Program-made: the position numbers and the translations under genes
Shown: one piece after another, positions 37,507 to 46,845 of the stretch
Position numbering within the stretch: the first letter of the stretch is position 1
Layout of the letters: each line of letters begins with the position of its first letter
NCBI GenBank assembly: GCA_003506435.1
Contig: DOAQ01000043.1
Coordinates: 18,737 to 82,736, forward strand
DNA: 64,000 nt
Direction: 5' to 3'
DNA from: Prolixibacteraceae bacterium
Lineage (GTDB): Bacteria; Bacteroidota; Bacteroidia; Bacteroidales; Prolixibacteraceae
Notes under the pieces: generated by a model
Told to the model about the DNA's origin: nothing
The model's database searches: none
What the model saw: the letters and a program-made list of their open reading frames with translations, nothing else

Positions 37507-37842
37507 TGGGAAAAGGTCCAAATCAACCGTCGGGAAGCTTTTCCTTTTTGGGAAAACGTCCAAACTGATCGTCGGGAACCTTTTTCCTTTTGGGAAAACG
37601 TCCAAACTGATCGTCGGGAACCTTTTCCTTTTTGGGAAAACGTCCAATCCGATCATCGGGAAGCTTTTCCTTTTTGGGAAAACGTCCAATCCGATCATCG
37701 GGAACCTTTTCCTTTTTGGGAAAACGTCCAATCCGATCGTCGGGAACCTTTTTCCTTTTGGGAAAACGTCCAAATCAATCGTCGGGAAGCTTTTCCTTTT
37801 TAGGAAAATCGTCAAAAACAACCGGAGACAAGCTTTTCCCTT
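37507..37842. repeat. Tandem repeat, 8 units of exactly 42 bp
   Basis: Units begin at 37507, 37549, 37591, 37633, 37675, 37717, 37759 and 37801. The consensus is TGGGAAAACGTCCAAWYYGATCRTCGGGAASCTTTTCCTTTT. The last unit is degenerate, and degenerate flanks extend to ~37465 and ~37850. Confidence 0.9.
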
Positions 37843-38924
37843 TTGGCATAGGTGTGAAAAATCAACTATCAGCTACAAACCGTACGCAAAACAATCTCCA
37901 AAAAGAACGTTCCATCCTGTTTCGCCTGTTCTTAATCTATTTTGCAGGGGTTTTCCTGTTTGTCCAACTTCACTTCAGGTGTAAAAATCATTTCTGAAAG
38001 CTAATTTAACAGAAGTAAAGTAAAAAAGCAATACCGGAAATAAAAAATTTAGCATAAATTTTGTCGTAACATAGTGAGAAACCTTCTCCTCGTTGCCACT
38101 GGATGGACAAGGTATCCTCTCTCTTTTGATTACCCCTCCAACCTCCCCCAAACAGGGAAGCTTTCGGCCTGTGACTATGCGATGGGTTTCAGAAAAGACT
38201 TTTGCATCCATAAAAATATTTATTTCCTCAATGTGTATAAAGAGTATCCGGTCAATGTTATTTTTTTGGAATAATGGCGGGTTGAAAAGCAAAAGAACAG
38301 AAGACGGATTAGGCCACTTCAGAAAGGTGGCAGGCCGTCTTCTGCTTTTAAGTTTTTCAAACTATCTTTTGTATTGGTACAAACGCAAACAAGGCTTTTT
38401 CTCCTCAGCGGCGGTTCTTTTTGGATACTTTTTCCAACTGAAGGGAAAAAGTATCAGCCAGTCCGGCTTTAGGACAGTAAAAAAAGTTAGTTATAACTTG
38501 GACTCCTATCTTTCGGGTGTTGAAATTCTTCTTTATCCCCCTAAAATATCAATTGATCCAAAAGGAAGGGACGGTTCGGCCTGAGGACGAAAAAGATTTC
38601 AGTTCGTACAAACTTTCTTTAAATGATGGTTGAAAAGTTATTATCACTGCAAAAAAACTCCCGTAAAAGAAAATTCTTTTCCATAGAAATTTTTAAAAAG
38701 CAATTTTCCTGGTCAGGGGTAGATTTGTTGCCTGTATGTTTAGTATATTTGATTTCCGGTTTTAATATAAAATAATCCAGATGAAACGATCATGCCACGG
38801 TGACGATTTTAAAGGTGGTGGCACAAAGGAACATGTAAATTTAGTGGGGACAGCCGTTCTTTTATGGCATGGAGTTCCATAAGTACGGGTCTAATATTCA
38901 ATAAATTAATATCGATATTTACTT

Positions 38925-39134
38925 ATGAAAAAGTGTATAAAAATCTTTTCGTTTTTACTCATTATAGGAGTATTGGTTGGTTCAAGTTCGTGTGCTACTT
39001 ATCGGAGGGCAGATAACGGCAACCATAAAGGTTGGTTTAAAAATACCCATAATCCGCATCATCCGTCTTCCAATAATCCGGGACATACAAAAGCAAAGGT
39101 TAAAATGCAAAAAGAGCATAAAAAGAACAAATGA
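38925..39134 (+). CDS. Small basic putative lipoprotein
   Basis: 69 aa. It has a signal peptide with a lipobox-like 'LVGSSSC', then a His/Lys/Asn-rich tail. No homolog was recognised. Confidence 0.4.
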   Translation: MKKCIKIFSFLLIIGVLVGSSSCATYRRADNGNHKGWFKNTHNPHHPSSNNPGHTKAKVKMQKEHKKNK

Positions 39135-39170
39135 TTTTGTTGGAAATAGTAAGGATGTAATTTTTATGTA

Positions 39171-40499
39171 ATGGATTTAATTTTTGGTATTCTGATACTT
39201 ACAGCAGGTGTTCTTGCAATAATTCTGCTTACTTCTGTTTTTAAATTCAATACGTTTCTTTCGCTGCTGCTGGTTAGCCTGGCAATGGCTGTTGTTTCAC
39301 TACCCGAGGCGTCCATTGTTCCGGTATTAAAAAAAGGTTTTGGAGGTACACTCGAATCCATAGGGTTGATTATTCTTTTGGGAACGATCATCGGGATCAT
39401 TCTTGATCAAAGCGGGGCAGCGCTGAGTATTGCCCGTTTTTTTCTGAAGCGCACCGGCGAGAAGAAAGCCCCGGCAGCCATGGGCGTTACCGGGTTCATG
39501 ACTGGGTTGCCAATTTTTTGCGATTCAGGTTTTATCGTACTGAGCGGTATCTGCCGTTCGCTTGCCCGCAGTTCAAAAACCGCGATAACCGTGATGGCCC
39601 CGGTACTGGCTATTTCGCTGTATGGCGTTCATTGCCTGGTGCCGCCTCATCCGGGAGCAACCGCCGCCGCTGGTATTGTTGATGCTCCCGTCGGCAATGT
39701 TATATTGCTGGGAGTTTTGGTTGCCATTCCTGCAATTATTGTAACCTACCTGTTTATCCGTCTGCGTTCACGTGGGGTAACGGCAGAGAATGAAACAGAA
39801 GAAATAACTTTTGCTGAAGAAATTTCGGTGCCTTCTGCGTTTCTTTCTTTTCTGCCTATTCTTGTACCGCTGTTGCTGATTACTTTTAAATCGGTACTTT
39901 TTATGGTGGCCAAATTTCCGGAAGGTTCTGTTCTGAAAAATATAATTGACTTTGCCGGTGATCCGGTAATTGCCCTTTTGACCGGGTGTTTTGTTGCCTT
40001 CCCGCTATTGCGTCATTTCCGCATGGAACAATGGAACAAGCTTTTTGATCTGGCTATTGAAAAAGCCGGACCTATCCTCATTGTAACTGCTGCCGGGGGA
40101 ACTTTTGGCGCAGTTATCAAGGAATCGGGTATTATTAACCAACTGGGAGAGTATGTTGCAACCCTCGGATTGGGTATATTTATTCCATATTGTATTGCTG
40201 TATTGCTGAAAACATCACAAGGTTCATCAACCATTGCTGTGATTACTGCGGCTTCCATTTCTGCGCCACTACTGGATAGCCTCGGACTCTCGGGCGAGTG
40301 GGGCAAAACGCTGGCTATTCTTGCCATGGGCGCCGGTTCCATGATGTTATCGCATGCCAACGACAGCTTTTTCTGGGTGATCAGCAAATTCTCAGGCATG
40401 ACGCCTTCCGAAACCCTGAAATACTATTCCTTACCCACAGTCATCCTGAGCTTGGTTTCCTTTGCAATGGTTGGTTTATTATCGCTTGTATTTTTGTAG
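39171..40499 (+). CDS. GntP-family permease (gluconate/glycerate:H+ symporter type)
   Basis: 442 aa polytopic membrane protein. 'LGTIIGIILDQSGAA', 'PIFCDSGFIVL' and 'HANDSFFWV' are GntP-family signatures. Confidence 0.85.
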   Translation: MDLIFGILILTAGVLAIILLTSVFKFNTFLSLLLVSLAMAVVSLPEASIVPVLKKGFGGTLESIGLIILLGTIIGIILDQSGAALSIARFFLKRTGEKKAPAAMGVTGFMTGLPIFCDSGFIVLSGICRSLARSSKTAITVMAPVLAISLYGVHCLVPPHPGATAAAGIVDAPVGNVILLGVLVAIPAIIVTYLFIRLRSRGVTAENETEEITFAEEISVPSAFLSFLPILVPLLLITFKSVLFMVAKFPEGSVLKNIIDFAGDPVIALLTGCFVAFPLLRHFRMEQWNKLFDLAIEKAGPILIVTAAGGTFGAVIKESGIINQLGEYVATLGLGIFIPYCIAVLLKTSQGSSTIAVITAASISAPLLDSLGLSGEWGKTLAILAMGAGSMMLSHANDSFFWVISKFSGMTPSETLKYYSLPTVILSLVSFAMVGLLSLVFL

Positions 40500-40502
40500 A
40501 AA

Positions 40503-41825
40503 ATGGAAAATTATCAGAAAATTGCCAGGGAAATATTTCTGGCTGCTGTAGAAAAGGTGAAACCCAACCGGCTGATTCGCGACAACGTGAAATTGAGCGG
40601 ACATTCGTTGCATGTTGCAGGAAAAGAATTTCCGTTACATCCTGAAGGCAGAATTGTAGTGACCGGCGCCGGAAAAGCAACGGCATTAATGGCCCGCGAA
40701 CTGGAAAATATTCTTGGAAAACAAATTTCCGGCGGACACATTGTTGTAAAATACGGACATTCAGTCTCTTTGAAATATATAACTTCTACTGAAGGCGGTC
40801 ATCCGGTGCCTGATGCAAATGGGATAGCCGGTACCCGGAGTGTGATACAGGTTATTTCCAGTTTGTCGGAAAATGATATTCATATTTGCCTGATATCGGG
40901 CGGAGGGTCGGCATTGCTGGCCGATGTTCCGGAAGGGGTAACTTTGGAAGAACTGATGCACCTGAACGGCCTTTTATTGAAAAGCGGTGCGGATATTTGT
41001 GAAGTAAACACTGTCCGCAAACATCTTTCAGCAGTGAAAGGTGGAAAATTGGCACAAATTGCGTTGCCTGCTCTTACCATCAGTTTGATTCTGTCTGACG
41101 TTGTGAATGATCCGCTTGATGTGATTGCTTCGGGTCCCACAGCCCCCGACAGTTCTACGTTTCAGGATGCGTGGGAAATACTGGAGAAATACCGGATTGA
41201 AGATAAAATATCCCATTCCATTCAGCAAATATTTGAAAAAGGACGGGAAGGGCAAATACCGGAAACACCCAAACAGGATGATCCGGTATTTGAACGTGTT
41301 CACAACTTTATTATCGGGAACAACCGGATTGCATTGGAAGAAGCAGCGTCGGTTGCGGTTTCCCGGGGCTTCAACACCCGGATTGTCACCAGTAGCATGG
41401 AAGGGAATTGTACAGAGGCTGCACAATTGATTGCAGAACAAATTCAAAAAAACGACAAGAAAGAAAAGATTTGTCTGCTTTTTGGGGGCGAAACAACCGT
41501 TGTGGTAAGCGGAAATGGCAAGGGAGGGCGTAACCAGCACCTGGCCTTGTTGCTGGCAAAAACATTGCATGAAAACCAGCCCCGTCAGAATGCAACTGTT
41601 TTGTGTGCCGGGACAGATGGTTCGGATGGCCCGACCGATGCAACTGGCGCTGTGGTTGATCAATCGACCTGGAGCAAAGCTCTTGCCCGGTCAGCCGACG
41701 TGGAAGGTTTCCTCGCCAACAACGATTCGTATAATTTTTTTAAGAATACCGAAGGGCATATTATTACCGGTCCAACCATGACCAATGTGATGGATATTGT
41801 GGTGGTACTGACAGAAAGAATTTAG
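40503..41825 (+). CDS. Glycerate 2-kinase (DUF4147/MOFRL family)
   Basis: 440 aa. 'VVTGAGKATALMA', 'GGHPVPD', 'LISGGGSALL', 'GGETTV...GKGGRNQ' and 'GTDGSDGPTDATGA'. Confidence 0.8.
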   Translation: MENYQKIAREIFLAAVEKVKPNRLIRDNVKLSGHSLHVAGKEFPLHPEGRIVVTGAGKATALMARELENILGKQISGGHIVVKYGHSVSLKYITSTEGGHPVPDANGIAGTRSVIQVISSLSENDIHICLISGGGSALLADVPEGVTLEELMHLNGLLLKSGADICEVNTVRKHLSAVKGGKLAQIALPALTISLILSDVVNDPLDVIASGPTAPDSSTFQDAWEILEKYRIEDKISHSIQQIFEKGREGQIPETPKQDDPVFERVHNFIIGNNRIALEEAASVAVSRGFNTRIVTSSMEGNCTEAAQLIAEQIQKNDKKEKICLLFGGETTVVVSGNGKGGRNQHLALLLAKTLHENQPRQNATVLCAGTDGSDGPTDATGAVVDQSTWSKALARSADVEGFLANNDSYNFFKNTEGHIITGPTMTNVMDIVVVLTERI

Positions 41826-41840
41826 AGAAAAACAAGATAA

Positions 41841-41927
41841 AAAGGCTGTCCAAAAAGTCTAGAATCGAGTCATCCCGAACTTGCTTCGGGATGACTCGAT
41901 TCTAGACTTTTTGGACAACCTTTTTGC
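41841..41927. repeat. Very long palindrome (32-bp perfect stem, ~43 bp with one mismatch) between convergent genes; bidirectional terminator or REP/MITE-like element
   Basis: GTCCAAAAAGTCTAGAATCGAGTCATCCCGAA (41848-41879), loop CTTGC, then TTCGGGATGACTCGATTCTAGACTTTTTGGAC (41885-41916). The flanking AAAGGCT/AACCTTT extends the stem. Confidence 0.85.
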
Positions 41928-41953
41928 AGTGTGTGCAATTAAATCACAAAATG

Positions 41954-42418
41954 TTATCCCTGTGTTCTCATATTGTGTCGCTTTCCCATGGGCGCTCTGT
42001 TGTGCATCATTTTTCCTTTCATCAGATCCATTTTCAGGCGTTGTTCTTCGGTCAACTGTGAACGCATTTCAATACGATGTTTTGCCTGAATTTTCGCCAT
42101 TTCAACTTTTAAAGCGCCAATCTTTTCAATGTTTTTGTTGATTGCTGCCATGTCGGGCTTTTCCGCAGTGGTCAATGTTTTTTGATGGGCTTCGGCTTCA
42201 CCTAACTCATTGCGGATGGGTTGCAATTGTTTCTGCACTTCCAGCATGCTTTGTTTAAATACTTCTTTTTGGGCATCGGTCAGGTTCAGTCTGTTTTCTG
42301 TGCGTATTTCACGTTCTGTTCCGCGAAAAGATTTCTTTTGACCATTTTCTTTTGGCTGGGCTGCCAAAACTGTTGTTAAGCCCATGAATACTACGAGAAT
42401 TAATACTTTTGCTTTCAT
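41954..42418 (-). CDS. Spy/CpxP-family periplasmic protein (LTXXQ-motif 'heavy metal sensor' type)
   Basis: 154 aa with a signal peptide. 'LNLTDAQKEVF' and 'QLTEEQRLKM' are LTxxQ motifs. Confidence 0.7.
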   Translation of the reverse strand: MKAKVLILVVFMGLTTVLAAQPKENGQKKSFRGTEREIRTENRLNLTDAQKEVFKQSMLEVQKQLQPIRNELGEAEAHQKTLTTAEKPDMAAINKNIEKIGALKVEMAKIQAKHRIEMRSQLTEEQRLKMDLMKGKMMHNRAPMGKRHNMRTQG

Positions 42419-42580
42419 AACTTTTAATTTTTAAAGTTTGTGTTTCTAAATTTTACTGAAATCTCTCTTTAGATTATACAGAAAGCAAAAGGTTTAATCT
42501 CTAACTAAATTTTAAGGGGTCTTTAAATCGTATTGAAAAATGATGAGGTTGTTTAAAAAGCCTGGAAGTCCGCAATTCGC

Positions 42581-42675
42581 GTCACCCTGAACTTGTTTCA
42601 GGGTCTGATTATTAGAAAGATGAGATCCCGAAGCAAGTTCGGGATGACTCTATTCAGGACTTTTGGGACAGCCTC
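42581..42675. repeat. Cluster of short palindromic elements related to the 41.85 kb palindrome
   Basis: It contains GTCACCCTGAACTTGTTTCAGGGTC, then ATCCCGAAGCAAGTTCGGGATGACTCTATTCAGGACTTTTGGGACAGCC. The second string matches the right arm of 41885-41927 with a few changes. Confidence 0.75.
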
Positions 42676-42724
42676 ATGACTCGGTCTTAGGCTTTTTAAG
42701 CAACCTCATCATCAAACGAATCCA

Positions 42725-43636
42725 TCAGAATAAACCTTCAATTGACAGGTATCGTTCGCCTGTGTCGTACGTGAAGGTCAGTATTTTCGCACCTTTGGGT
42801 AATTCTTTTATTTTCTTTGCCACGGCAGCCAGCGATGCCCCGGAGGAAATGCCAACCAGCAAGCCTTCTTCTTTTGCTGCCCGCTGTGTGTAACCAAATG
42901 CTTCATCTTTTGAAACCTGAATTGTTCCATCCAACAGAGAAGTATGTAAGTTTTCAGGAATAAAACCGGCGCCAATGCCCTGAATCGGGTGGGGGCCGGG
43001 CGTACCTCCGCTAATCACCGGCGATAATTCCGGTTCCACAGCAAAGACTTTCAGGTTCGGGTATTTTGCTTTCAGCTTTTCGCTTACTCCTGTAATGTGT
43101 CCGCCTGTTCCAACCCCGGTGATCAAATAATCGAAGCCTTCCGGGAAGTCGGTGATAATTTCCTGTGCCGTATTTTCCCGGTGCGCATCAATATTTGCGG
43201 GGTTATCGAATTGTGAGGGAATCCATGCTCCGGGAGTTTCTGCGGCAATTTCCTGCGCTTTCTGAATAGCTCCTTTCATTCCTTTTTCCCGGGGTGTCAG
43301 AATCAGTTCGGCGCCATAGGCGGTCAGTATTCGGCGACGCTCAATACTCATTGATTCGGGCATCACCAATATCAGCTTGTATTTCTTTACGGCTGCCACC
43401 AGGGCAAGGCCAATTCCTGTGTTTCCTGAAGTTGGTTCGACCAAAATACTTTCAGGCTTCAGTATACCTGCGGCTTCAGCCGCTTCTACCATCGAAAGGG
43501 CAATACGGTCCTTGATGCTTCCGCCCGGGTTGGTCTTTTCAACTTTTGCATAAACGTCATATCCTTCCGGATACAAATTGTTAATCCGCACCAACGGACT
43601 GTTCCCGATTGTTTCGAGAATGTTGTTTACTTTCAT
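42725..43636 (-). CDS. cysK: Cysteine synthase A (O-acetylserine sulfhydrylase)
   Basis: '[11 protein letters not shown]' (the PLP lysine), '[12 protein letters not shown]' and '[10 protein letters not shown]'. I prefer the ATG at 43636 ('[11 protein letters not shown]') because a terminator hairpin abuts the longer start. Confidence 0.9.
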   Translation of the reverse strand: MKVNNILETIGNSPLVRINNLYPEGYDVYAKVEKTNPGGSIKDRIALSMVEAAEAAGILKPESILVEPTSGNTGIGLALVAAVKKYKLILVMPESMSIERRRILTAYGAELILTPREKGMKGAIQKAQEIAAETPGAWIPSQFDNPANIDAHRENTAQEIITDFPEGFDYLITGVGTGGHITGVSEKLKAKYPNLKVFAVEPELSPVISGGTPGPHPIQGIGAGFIPENLHTSLLDGTIQVSKDEAFGYTQRAAKEEGLLVGISSGASLAAVAKKIKELPKGAKILTFTYDTGERYLSIEGLF

Positions 43637-43663
43637 CTTTCTGCTTTTTTTTGAGTTAAACAA

Positions 43664-43697
43664 AAAGGCCCTCCTGAATTTCAGGAAGGCCTTTGTA
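43664..43697 (-). terminator. Intrinsic terminator on the minus strand, immediately upstream of cysK
   Basis: On the minus strand, AAAGGCCTTCCTGAA-A-TTCAGGAGGGCCTTT forms a 15-bp stem with one mismatch and is followed by TTGTTTAACTCAAAAAAAA. Confidence 0.55.
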
Positions 43698-43888
43698 TAA
43701 TCTGATTAATAATTATTCTTCAATCGATTTCAAACAAAACAACTCCCTGTGGAAGAATTTCCACAGCAACATATAATCATGTATGCAAAGTTGTTTTTCA
43801 TTGAGTGCAATAATACAAAAAAATATAGAAAAATACGAATTAGTCTGTTATTTTTTTTCTGACGTTAATTTTTATTGAAAATGGATAG

Positions 43889-45235
43889 CTAATTTCGGTA
43901 ACGAAGCCATTTTATTATCTCTTTCATATTTACCTTTTTCCCATACATCAATATTCCTGTCCGGTAAATCTTGGCAGCCATCCAGATGGCTCCGATGATG
44001 GTGATAACCAATAAGAACATCGACAATGCGAGTTCCCACCATGGAATGCCATACGGGATACGGGCCAGCATGATGATCGGCGAGGTGAACGGGATCATCG
44101 ATGTCCAGAATGCCAACGGGCCTTCCGGATTTTTGGCGATAGGGAACAGCAGCATGATGGATAAAATAAGCGGCAATATAACAGGAAAAACCAATTGCTG
44201 CGAGTCTTCTTCGCTGTCGACTGCCGAGCCAACGGCTGCCAGCAAAGAGCTGTAAAGCAAATAACCTCCCAGAAAATAGAAAACAAACGAGAAAAGAATT
44301 GTGAAAACAGGCAAGGTTCCGGCCATTTCCATCATTTCCTGGTATTTATTTGCAGATCCAGAAGTAGCTAACTGAGCTGCATTGCCCATCATATCGGGGT
44401 TCATCAGGTTTTGTGCCTGTTGCATTTGCCCTGCATCAACTCCCAGAAACATTCCCAGTCCGGTAACAATAATAAATCCGAGAAGTATCCAGAGGGCTAT
44501 TTGCGTTAGACCGACCAAGGCAATACCTATGATTTTGCCAAACATTAGTTGTACCGGTTTCACGGAAGAAATGATAACTTCAACCACCCGGCTTGATTTT
44601 TCTTCCATTACGCCACGCATCACCATCATTCCGTACATGAACATGAACATGTAAATCAAAAAACCCATGATGTATCCCATCACTCCGACCAGGACAGAAG
44701 AACTTTCTTTTGCTTTTCCTTCTGCCTCAATTTTAAGAGTGGATAGTTTTATATCGGTACTGGTAGCAGCAAGTTTTTTCTCCAGATCGGGAACACCTGT
44801 TTCTTCGATGACTTTGTTGCGTTTATCACGTTCGATAATATCTTCAATCCGGTTCTCCAGTAAATTGGAAACATCAAAAGTGACCTGCTTTTCAGAAAAA
44901 AGCTGGGCCCGGTTGCTTACAAGTATATTTGCAGGAATGTATAACAGGGCGTAGTAAGCTGTTTCTTTTTGTTTCTTTTTAATTTGTTCGTATTCCTCAC
45001 GGGGCACAAAAACCAGTTTGGTATATTCGTTGCCTTTCAGTTGGTCGAGAAACAAACTGGATTCGTCGTATACGGCAATGGTTCGTTCTTTTTTATCGTC
45101 GCTCATTCCTAAATAAGTTGGAATGATGAATATTGCAGCCATGAGAACAGGCATTAACAGGGTGGTGACAATGAACGATTTTTTCTTGACCCGGGTCAGG
45201 TATTCACGTTTTAATACTAAAATTGCTTTATTCAT
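43889..45235 (-). CDS. ABC-2 type transporter permease (NatB-like)
   Basis: 448 aa with an N-terminal TM, a large extracytoplasmic domain and a C-terminal 5-6 TM ABC-2 domain. It lies directly downstream of an ABC ATPase. Confidence 0.75.
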   Translation of the reverse strand: MNKAILVLKREYLTRVKKKSFIVTTLLMPVLMAAIFIIPTYLGMSDDKKERTIAVYDESSLFLDQLKGNEYTKLVFVPREEYEQIKKKQKETAYYALLYIPANILVSNRAQLFSEKQVTFDVSNLLENRIEDIIERDKRNKVIEETGVPDLEKKLAATSTDIKLSTLKIEAEGKAKESSSVLVGVMGYIMGFLIYMFMFMYGMMVMRGVMEEKSSRVVEVIISSVKPVQLMFGKIIGIALVGLTQIALWILLGFIIVTGLGMFLGVDAGQMQQAQNLMNPDMMGNAAQLATSGSANKYQEMMEMAGTLPVFTILFSFVFYFLGGYLLYSSLLAAVGSAVDSEEDSQQLVFPVILPLILSIMLLFPIAKNPEGPLAFWTSMIPFTSPIIMLARIPYGIPWWELALSMFLLVITIIGAIWMAAKIYRTGILMYGKKVNMKEIIKWLRYRN

Positions 45236-45244
45236 AATCGTGGT

Positions 45245-46168
45245 TTATTTCTGGTTTGCCTGTTCAACTACTTTTATAAATACTTCGTTCATGCTCGGGA
45301 TAATTTCCTGAAATGAAATGATCTCAATCTGCTGCATCAGCTTTTGCAGCAGTTCATTATTCGACTTACCATTCAGATGCTGCACTTTCAATACATTGTT
45401 CCGTTCAGCCTGCCGGTGTTCAATAATCCTGAAGTCAGCTTCCAAAAGCCTTGTGAAGTCATAGGTTTCTCCTTTGTATTGAATTTCAAAAACATGGTTT
45501 TTGTAGTGTTCTTTCAATTCATGAATCGGGCCGTCTACAATTTTTTTCGATTTGTTGATCAGTGAAATATGATCGCATATTTCTTCAACCGAAGCCATGT
45601 TGTGGGTTGAAAAAATGATGGTTGCGCCTTCTTTCCGGAGGTTCAGTATTTCCTGTTTCAGCAAATTGGTGTTGATGGGGTCAAAGCCGCTGAACGGTTC
45701 ATCGAAGATCAGCAGTTTCGGTTTATGTACCACGGTGATGATAAACTGGACTTTTTGCTGCATTCCTTTCGACAGTTCTTCCACTTTTTTGTTCCACCAA
45801 GCCTGAATCTCGAATTTTTCGAACCACACTTTCAGGCTTTTCAATGCATCACGCTTCGAAAGTCCTTTCAATTGGGCAAAATACAGCGCCTGTTCTCCGA
45901 CTTTCATTTTTTTGTACAAGCCGCGTTCTTCGGGAAGATAACCAATCTGGTGAATGTCGCTGGCGCGCATCGGTCGTCCTTCGAAAAAAAGCTCGCCCTG
46001 ATCGGGTGCAGTGATCTGGTTGATAATGCGTATCAAGGTGGTTTTACCAGCCCCGTTGGGACCCAGCAGCCCATGTACCTGCCCTTCTTCAACCGAAATA
46101 CTCACCCTGTCGAGCGCCCGGTGGGCAGCATAATCTTTAATTACATCTTGTGCACTGAATAGTACCAT
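45245..46168 (-). CDS. ABC transporter ATP-binding protein
   Basis: 307 aa. Walker A 'GLLGPNGAGKTT', signature 'LSKGMQQKV' and Walker B 'LLIFDEPFSGFDP'. Confidence 0.9.
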   Translation of the reverse strand: MVLFSAQDVIKDYAAHRALDRVSISVEEGQVHGLLGPNGAGKTTLIRIINQITAPDQGELFFEGRPMRASDIHQIGYLPEERGLYKKMKVGEQALYFAQLKGLSKRDALKSLKVWFEKFEIQAWWNKKVEELSKGMQQKVQFIITVVHKPKLLIFDEPFSGFDPINTNLLKQEILNLRKEGATIIFSTHNMASVEEICDHISLINKSKKIVDGPIHELKEHYKNHVFEIQYKGETYDFTRLLEADFRIIEHRQAERNNVLKVQHLNGKSNNELLQKLMQQIEIISFQEIIPSMNEVFIKVVEQANQK

Positions 46169-46293
46169 ATACCAGAAGTTTTTGTTTCATAAATTTAGTT
46201 CGCCAACAAAGCTATTTGTTACAAATTGAAGGAAAAAAGAAATCCGGTAAAAGCAGGATTTCAGACTGTAAACGAAGAATACATCACGGTTAG

Positions 46294-46845
46294 CTACTTC
46301 TCAGATGACGGGCTATTCCGGAAAAAACTGAAATGAACACTTCCGTACCTGCGTAGTTCCCTGAATTGTGGGAGTTTTGAAAAATCGTATTCTCCCGAAT
46401 GTTCGAGAATGAATAAACCATCTTTCCTCAATAAATTGTTCCGGAAAATTAAATCGGGAACCTCGGAGAAGTTTCGCATGTCGTATGGCGGATCGGCGAA
46501 TATAAGATCGTATTGTTCTTTAAAATGTTCAGCAAATACAAAAGCATTGGTTTTCACCAACCGAATATTTGTTTCGTCCAGTTTTGCAATGGTTTCTTTT
46601 ATAAAATTGACGTGGTTGAAATTGATTTCTACCGTCGTAATGTTGGTACACCCGCGCGAGGCAAACTCAAAACTGATGCTTCCGGTGCCGGCAAACAGGT
46701 CAAGCACTTTTATTTCTTCAAAATCGATTGTATTCTGAAGAATGTTGAAAAGGCTTTCTTTGGCCATATCGGTGGTCGGCCTTGCCTTGAAACTTTTCCC
46801 GGGAGTGAAATGCCGACCTTTGTACTTTCCTCCTACAATACGCAT
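46294..46845 (-). CDS. rsmD: 16S rRNA (guanine966-N2)-methyltransferase
   Basis: 183 aa. 'RIVGGKYKGR', 'RPTTDMAKESLFNIL', 'DLFAGTGSISFE' and 'IFADPPY'. Confidence 0.85.
   Translation of the reverse strand: MRIVGGKYKGRHFTPGKSFKARPTTDMAKESLFNILQNTIDFEEIKVLDLFAGTGSISFEFASRGCTNITTVEINFNHVNFIKETIAKLDETNIRLVKTNAFVFAEHFKEQYDLIFADPPYDMRNFSEVPDLIFRNNLLRKDGLFILEHSGEYDFSKLPQFRELRRYGSVHFSFFRNSPSSEK

Noticed and set aside
37336-37821. 161-aa minus-strand ORF (and a 121-aa plus-strand ORF) made of 14-aa repeats
   Set aside because: Both strands stay open only because the 42-bp repeat is a multiple of three. Neither has convincing start context or non-repeat domains. It is treated as a DNA repeat, though coding cannot be excluded (see the findings).
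37507-37842. Possible CRISPR array
   Set aside because: The units are contiguous 42-bp repeats with no interspersed unique spacers, and no cas genes are nearby.
37975-38584. 105-aa (-) and 163-aa (+) ORFs in the 1-kb gap
   Set aside because: They mutually overlap, have odd composition and match no recognisable domain. They are reported as a non-coding or decayed region instead.
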